This document shows positions 61,401 through 64,000 of a stretch of 64,000 nt of DNA, piece by piece (the stretch's first letter is position 1; each line of letters starts with the position of its first letter). The DNA comes from a virus. Its lineage: Duplodnaviria; Caudoviricetes. The notes under the pieces were generated by a model. It ran no database searches. It saw only the letters and a list, made by a program, of their open reading frames with translations, and was not told where the DNA came from. A program made the position numbers and the translations under genes. Where the stretch lies: IMG/VR virus record IMGVR_UViG_3300005444_000009, positions 2,191 through 66,190 of that record. One strand, written 5' to 3'.

Positions 61401-61624
61401 TCTTCAACACCGACTGGGTAGATGTTAATCGTCTCAGCGACGTAGTTAACAATCTTACTTGGCGGAGACTCAACCCAGAATGCACCCGATACGATCGCGG
61501 TAGCTGCGCTTAGTTGAAACGTATAGCCCGACTCAGTGATCTGATCAGGTTCATAGGCTGCGTCGCGAATTGGCACCCACTCTTGACCCATGATGATCGG
61601 CGTATGAGGATTATAGTTTCCCAT
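58475..61624 (-). CDS. Large minor tail / tail-tip protein
   Basis: 1049 aa after the tape measure gene; beta-rich, with a DNFNR...WTTSGG lectin-like segment. Confidence 0.75.
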   Translation of the reverse strand: MGNYNPHTPIIMGQEWVPIRDAAYEPDQITESGYTFQLSAATAIVSGAFWVESPPSKIVNYVAETINIYPVGVEDQTGPIRRVVIPVSNALVTGNGESLISSGAAAWTNPSDNVTQSLTTLVGLPAIGLNFAVEQYAQELQGKRILSVRFLYTAGTDLDGALDFIEFAIAAAVDGGTGSDHFNDYQSFAEGPAAITSVGALALITDIKYVDLGNVNINLTGTISSSGDPSALALPWRYDELLLFSTVTPLSSRRVVMIHPSGFIIVDDLDGTVDFGYGALEVFYCEETRVRVGGRFTALNVGLPGRGTINEGVNLVPLKDLSFATPTALAAGEYLLTLGHHEVKPTFIARGAPRLRRLRQLYELLSHRGAVIDTRVIEGQQFTSESTDEIVTITLHTATAIVTGVHAYGTSVGAPVYAGHAPIQEVLNLSSSSVTVTQVRFYARRFGDTTVPLTFSTTGGGSVVSISVADFDALPEIVDGWREVNLTLPSGGSTQTAGATSTWQWTSALETAGNQWQVLAASSPADLRDSVPTVAQTGPATYTPPSGSTIELTWQSPPISGTATDSTTDAVLLFSQEPPAVTGFTVSATSQAVTGVGQFCGTDPRCVPTAILGNRLSWATFGGCDNFNRVNTNTWDTSSSGLLWTTSGGTATNFYVDGRGNMLLPTGDTASRNALLPTTFGDVDQFVTISTSLVATGAGLNGQSRFRAVDGSNYYVMSAAFNTSATVSVAIFRVLAGVSTNISGSVVIGSYQADTKIYAYIQLRGSSIKAKVWIGDRDLPPVNWTLEAVDASFPTGQSGVRATQSGGNTNINPVISFEDFSVIDGRLYGGGQLEIQRRDPITDWQTIMLTEHPDCVTSFVDLEARVGQLSEYRMRTLNALDFAGPWVTGSATIPSPGVTISGDGNSLLIMTSNQSPSASLAYTMQFEGEAIEQFIFPEVDTLQLQRMFGRNFLTAFHPLERGGEQFTRVLLVNAAAVALPSLGNFRSLRDLGWADIDYVCVRDELGNRWFANVAVPEGSVRMNRTVYMAEVRVTEVSDTASPIDPVGIS

Positions 61625-63664
61625 TTAAATCGCCCTCACTTGCGCCCGAAGATTACGCTGAGTCAAAAGAGATATGATACCTTCACCCACAGCTCGACCA
61701 ACGGTTCGCGCCTGCTCAGGTGTCGGCGTCGTACCGCTGAAGTTGACATTAATCGCACCTGCGCCAAACGTTACCGACGGACCACCGACCGCGTCTACGA
61801 TCATCTGCTCGAGATCTCCGAGAGGAGCCACAACCTCATCTTGGCCTCCCTCAGCGATCTGCGCGATGACGCCGCCCGGTCGCGCCCCGACGATTCCGCC
61901 GGTAGCCAGCGACGGAATGCGCGACAGCGAGAACGGCAGCAGCGCGTCGAGGTTAGCGATTCCCAAGTTGATCGTAGCAATGAACCTATTGAGGCCAGTC
62001 TTAATGCCTCGTACGATGTCACCTGCGACGTCGTTGATGAAGTTCCCCGCGTTGCGAAAGCCGCCGATAAACGAAGTGATCAACGACTTACCCGCGGCCG
62101 CGAATGTCCCACCCAGTGCCAGTAGTCGACCGGGTATGCTTCCGATCGCGTCAACTATCGTGTTGCCTGCGTTGACTGACGTTGTGCCGATCTGCTCCAT
62201 GCCCCGCGTGACCACGCCGAAGAAGTCGAGAATCACAATGATCGTCGACACAACTACCGTGAACAACTTGAGGAACAAGAGCAAAACCCCGCCAAGCACA
62301 AATGCCGTTACAATACCGAGCTGTGTGAGATCCTTGAGAAACTTCTGTCCGTCCTCTGAATTAAGAAAGTCAGTGATTACTTTAAAGATGTCGGTGAGTA
62401 ACTGCAGAAGAATCGCGCCGCCCTCGATGGTAGCCGGCGTAAATAACGCGCCGAAAAAGTCAAGGATAGCGCCACCCAGGTCGCCAATCTGCTTAAGTGC
62501 CACGAGTGCGTCGTCGATAAACTTCTGAAACGATCCGTTCTCGATCGACTTATTGATGAACTCTGCGAAGCGCAGCAGCAGCCCCGAGAACTTGTCCGCA
62601 AGAGTCTTAATTGTCGGAAGCGCGGCGACTGCGATGTTCATGAATGCGCCCGCCAACGCGATCATCGCTGGACCGAGTGTCTTCAAGATATCATTAGTCG
62701 TGGTGAATAACTGGTTTATGAAGTTAACGCCGTCCGCGCTGTTGAAGAGATCAATGAACATCGCAATTAGCTGCCCGGTAGTTCCTGCCACGAGCACGAG
62801 GCCGTTTTGCAGCGGACCAATGATGGTCTTAACTAGTCGAGTCAGCTCGCCAACCAGTGGGGCGAAGAGTGCCTGCTGCACAGCGAGCTGCAGCTTGCGG
62901 AACGGATCAACGATCTTTGCAAACTCCTTGGCAACTGCGCGAGCCGACGGCGCCAACTTCTTCAGCGCCTCGTTGATGCCCTCCTTGTCACCCTGAAGAA
63001 TGGCACTAAGCGCGTCGCCGAAGTTCTGGAAGCCGATGATCAGCGGGGCGAGAGCGGCGACGAGGACGGCGATGGATCCGGGCAGTAGGCCAATTAGGCC
63101 GATGAGCTGTGACACAGCCGCGCCGAGACTAACGAGCATACCGATTAGTCCAGGTAAGATCGTAATAAACAACGGCATAAGTGAACTCAACAGAGTCGAC
63201 CCAAATGACGTAAAGAATGTGCCTAATGTACTTAAACCGGTCTTCGTCGAGTTGAAGAGATCACTGAATGACTCACCTATGTGCCTAAAGGCCTGCTTCC
63301 ACAGAGGAACAACACGCCGCTCTAGGTGTGTACCGTTCTGAACAGCGTGGAGGAACATGTTGTCAAAGTTCTTACCGACGATCCGTCGTAGGCCGTCGCT
63401 CTCGACTCCGAGGCCGTGGATCGCGTCGCCCATCTCGTGCTCAATGACGTTGGCTGTCTTCTTGACCGCATCATCGACCTCCTTGAGCGCCTTCTCAGCC
63501 TCCTTCGAGGTCTTCTTGAAGTGCGCGTCGATGTCGTCAAGCGCGTCATTCATCGACTTGTCGAGTTCCTTCACCTCATCGTCGATGATGTCCTTGATGT
63601 CCTTGCGGAACTCCTTGGTGCGCGCCACGATGTCGACGTAGGCGACGTCGATCGGTGCAGTCAC
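61625..63664 (-). CDS. Tape measure protein (679 aa)
   Basis: Start reassigned to GTG 63664; long amphipathic repeats; LATGGIV...IAEGGQDEVVAPL. Confidence 0.88.
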   Translation of the reverse strand: MTAPIDVAYVDIVARTKEFRKDIKDIIDDEVKELDKSMNDALDDIDAHFKKTSKEAEKALKEVDDAVKKTANVIEHEMGDAIHGLGVESDGLRRIVGKNFDNMFLHAVQNGTHLERRVVPLWKQAFRHIGESFSDLFNSTKTGLSTLGTFFTSFGSTLLSSLMPLFITILPGLIGMLVSLGAAVSQLIGLIGLLPGSIAVLVAALAPLIIGFQNFGDALSAILQGDKEGINEALKKLAPSARAVAKEFAKIVDPFRKLQLAVQQALFAPLVGELTRLVKTIIGPLQNGLVLVAGTTGQLIAMFIDLFNSADGVNFINQLFTTTNDILKTLGPAMIALAGAFMNIAVAALPTIKTLADKFSGLLLRFAEFINKSIENGSFQKFIDDALVALKQIGDLGGAILDFFGALFTPATIEGGAILLQLLTDIFKVITDFLNSEDGQKFLKDLTQLGIVTAFVLGGVLLLFLKLFTVVVSTIIVILDFFGVVTRGMEQIGTTSVNAGNTIVDAIGSIPGRLLALGGTFAAAGKSLITSFIGGFRNAGNFINDVAGDIVRGIKTGLNRFIATINLGIANLDALLPFSLSRIPSLATGGIVGARPGGVIAQIAEGGQDEVVAPLGDLEQMIVDAVGGPSVTFGAGAINVNFSGTTPTPEQARTVGRAVGEGIISLLTQRNLRAQVRAI

Positions 63665-63666
63665 CG

Positions 63667-63999
63667 CTACCTCCCCGCTCTCTGCGTCACCGCAATGGCG
63701 GTGACGTCGGCGAAGCTGACTCCACCGGAGTTGAACCACGTCGGCGGTCGAACGCCGGTGCGAGTTTGCACCTCAGCGACCGCCGGCGCAATATCACGCT
63801 CGGCAACGCTAAGCTCACCGATGAGCTTCAAGTTGAGGTCGTTACGTAGGCGAACGTGCTCCTTAACTCGGTGCTCCACGATCGCCTCCTCAACTAGGTA
63901 GAAGTGCAGTAGGTCTAAGAAGTCTCCTGGGTCAAGTCGGCGGGGATAAGCTCCTCGAGCGAGGCACCAGCCGTTGAAGAGGTGCCACCGTCGTCGGTC
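63667..63999 (-). CDS. Tail assembly chaperone, post-frameshift part (partial)
   Basis: Frame stays open to the window edge: LFNGWCLARG...FLDLLHFYL; another frame reads TDDGGTSSTAGAS and ends near 63916. Confidence 0.6.
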   Translation of the reverse strand, partial: DRRRWHLFNGWCLARGAYPRRLDPGDFLDLLHFYLVEEAIVEHRVKEHVRLRNDLNLKLIGELSVAERDIAPAVAEVQTRTGVRPPTWFNSGGVSFADVTAIAVTQRAGR

Positions 64000-64000
64000 T

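Noticed and set aside
63880-64000. Programmed frameshift site of the tail assembly chaperone
   Set aside because: Two overlapping frames are visible, but the slippery sequence lies beyond the window edge

Overview
This window is most of a GC-rich, circularly permuted siphovirus genome (about 105 genes). It starts inside the head-to-tail adaptor gene and ends inside the tail assembly chaperone gene, so probably only a few kb of tail module are missing. The head module (long capsid protein with GGWCxPSE plus a second capsid-like gene) resembles mycobacteriophage cluster-B/Rosebush-type actinophages. SsgA-, BldC- and WhiB-like genes and a lone DUF1906 endolysin without LysB point to a filamentous, sporulating actinomycete host. 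No integrase or repressor is visible. Layout: 1-29 kb minus strand (head genes, accessory membrane microgenes with their own promoters, terminase, primase-helicase); 29.2-50.8 kb plus strand (tRNA, nucleotide/DNA-modification genes, PolA, helicase, recombination, lysis, early operon); 50.9-64 kb minus strand (tail genes followed by a glycan-synthesis cassette). Best leads: (1) an apparent protease-processed capsid cargo system, in which a shared (L/V)(T/V)A(A/S) motif marks domain junctions in capsid, protease, a 2H-phosphoesterase/zeta-kinase fusion and a MuF protein carrying two ADP-ribosyltransferase domains; (2) a cytosine hypermodification pathway (Asp-type dCMP hydroxymethylase, T4 BGT-like glycosyltransferase, sugar kinase, nucleotidyltransferase, and a C5-MTase-like enzyme with degenerate SAM motifs); (3) a separate putative virion-glycan cassette with a sugar C-methyltransferase; (4) three host-development regulator homologues; (5) a two-state structured 5' leader that can hide a Shine-Dalgarno site. 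All family assignments come from reading motifs by eye and from memory; no database search was run.
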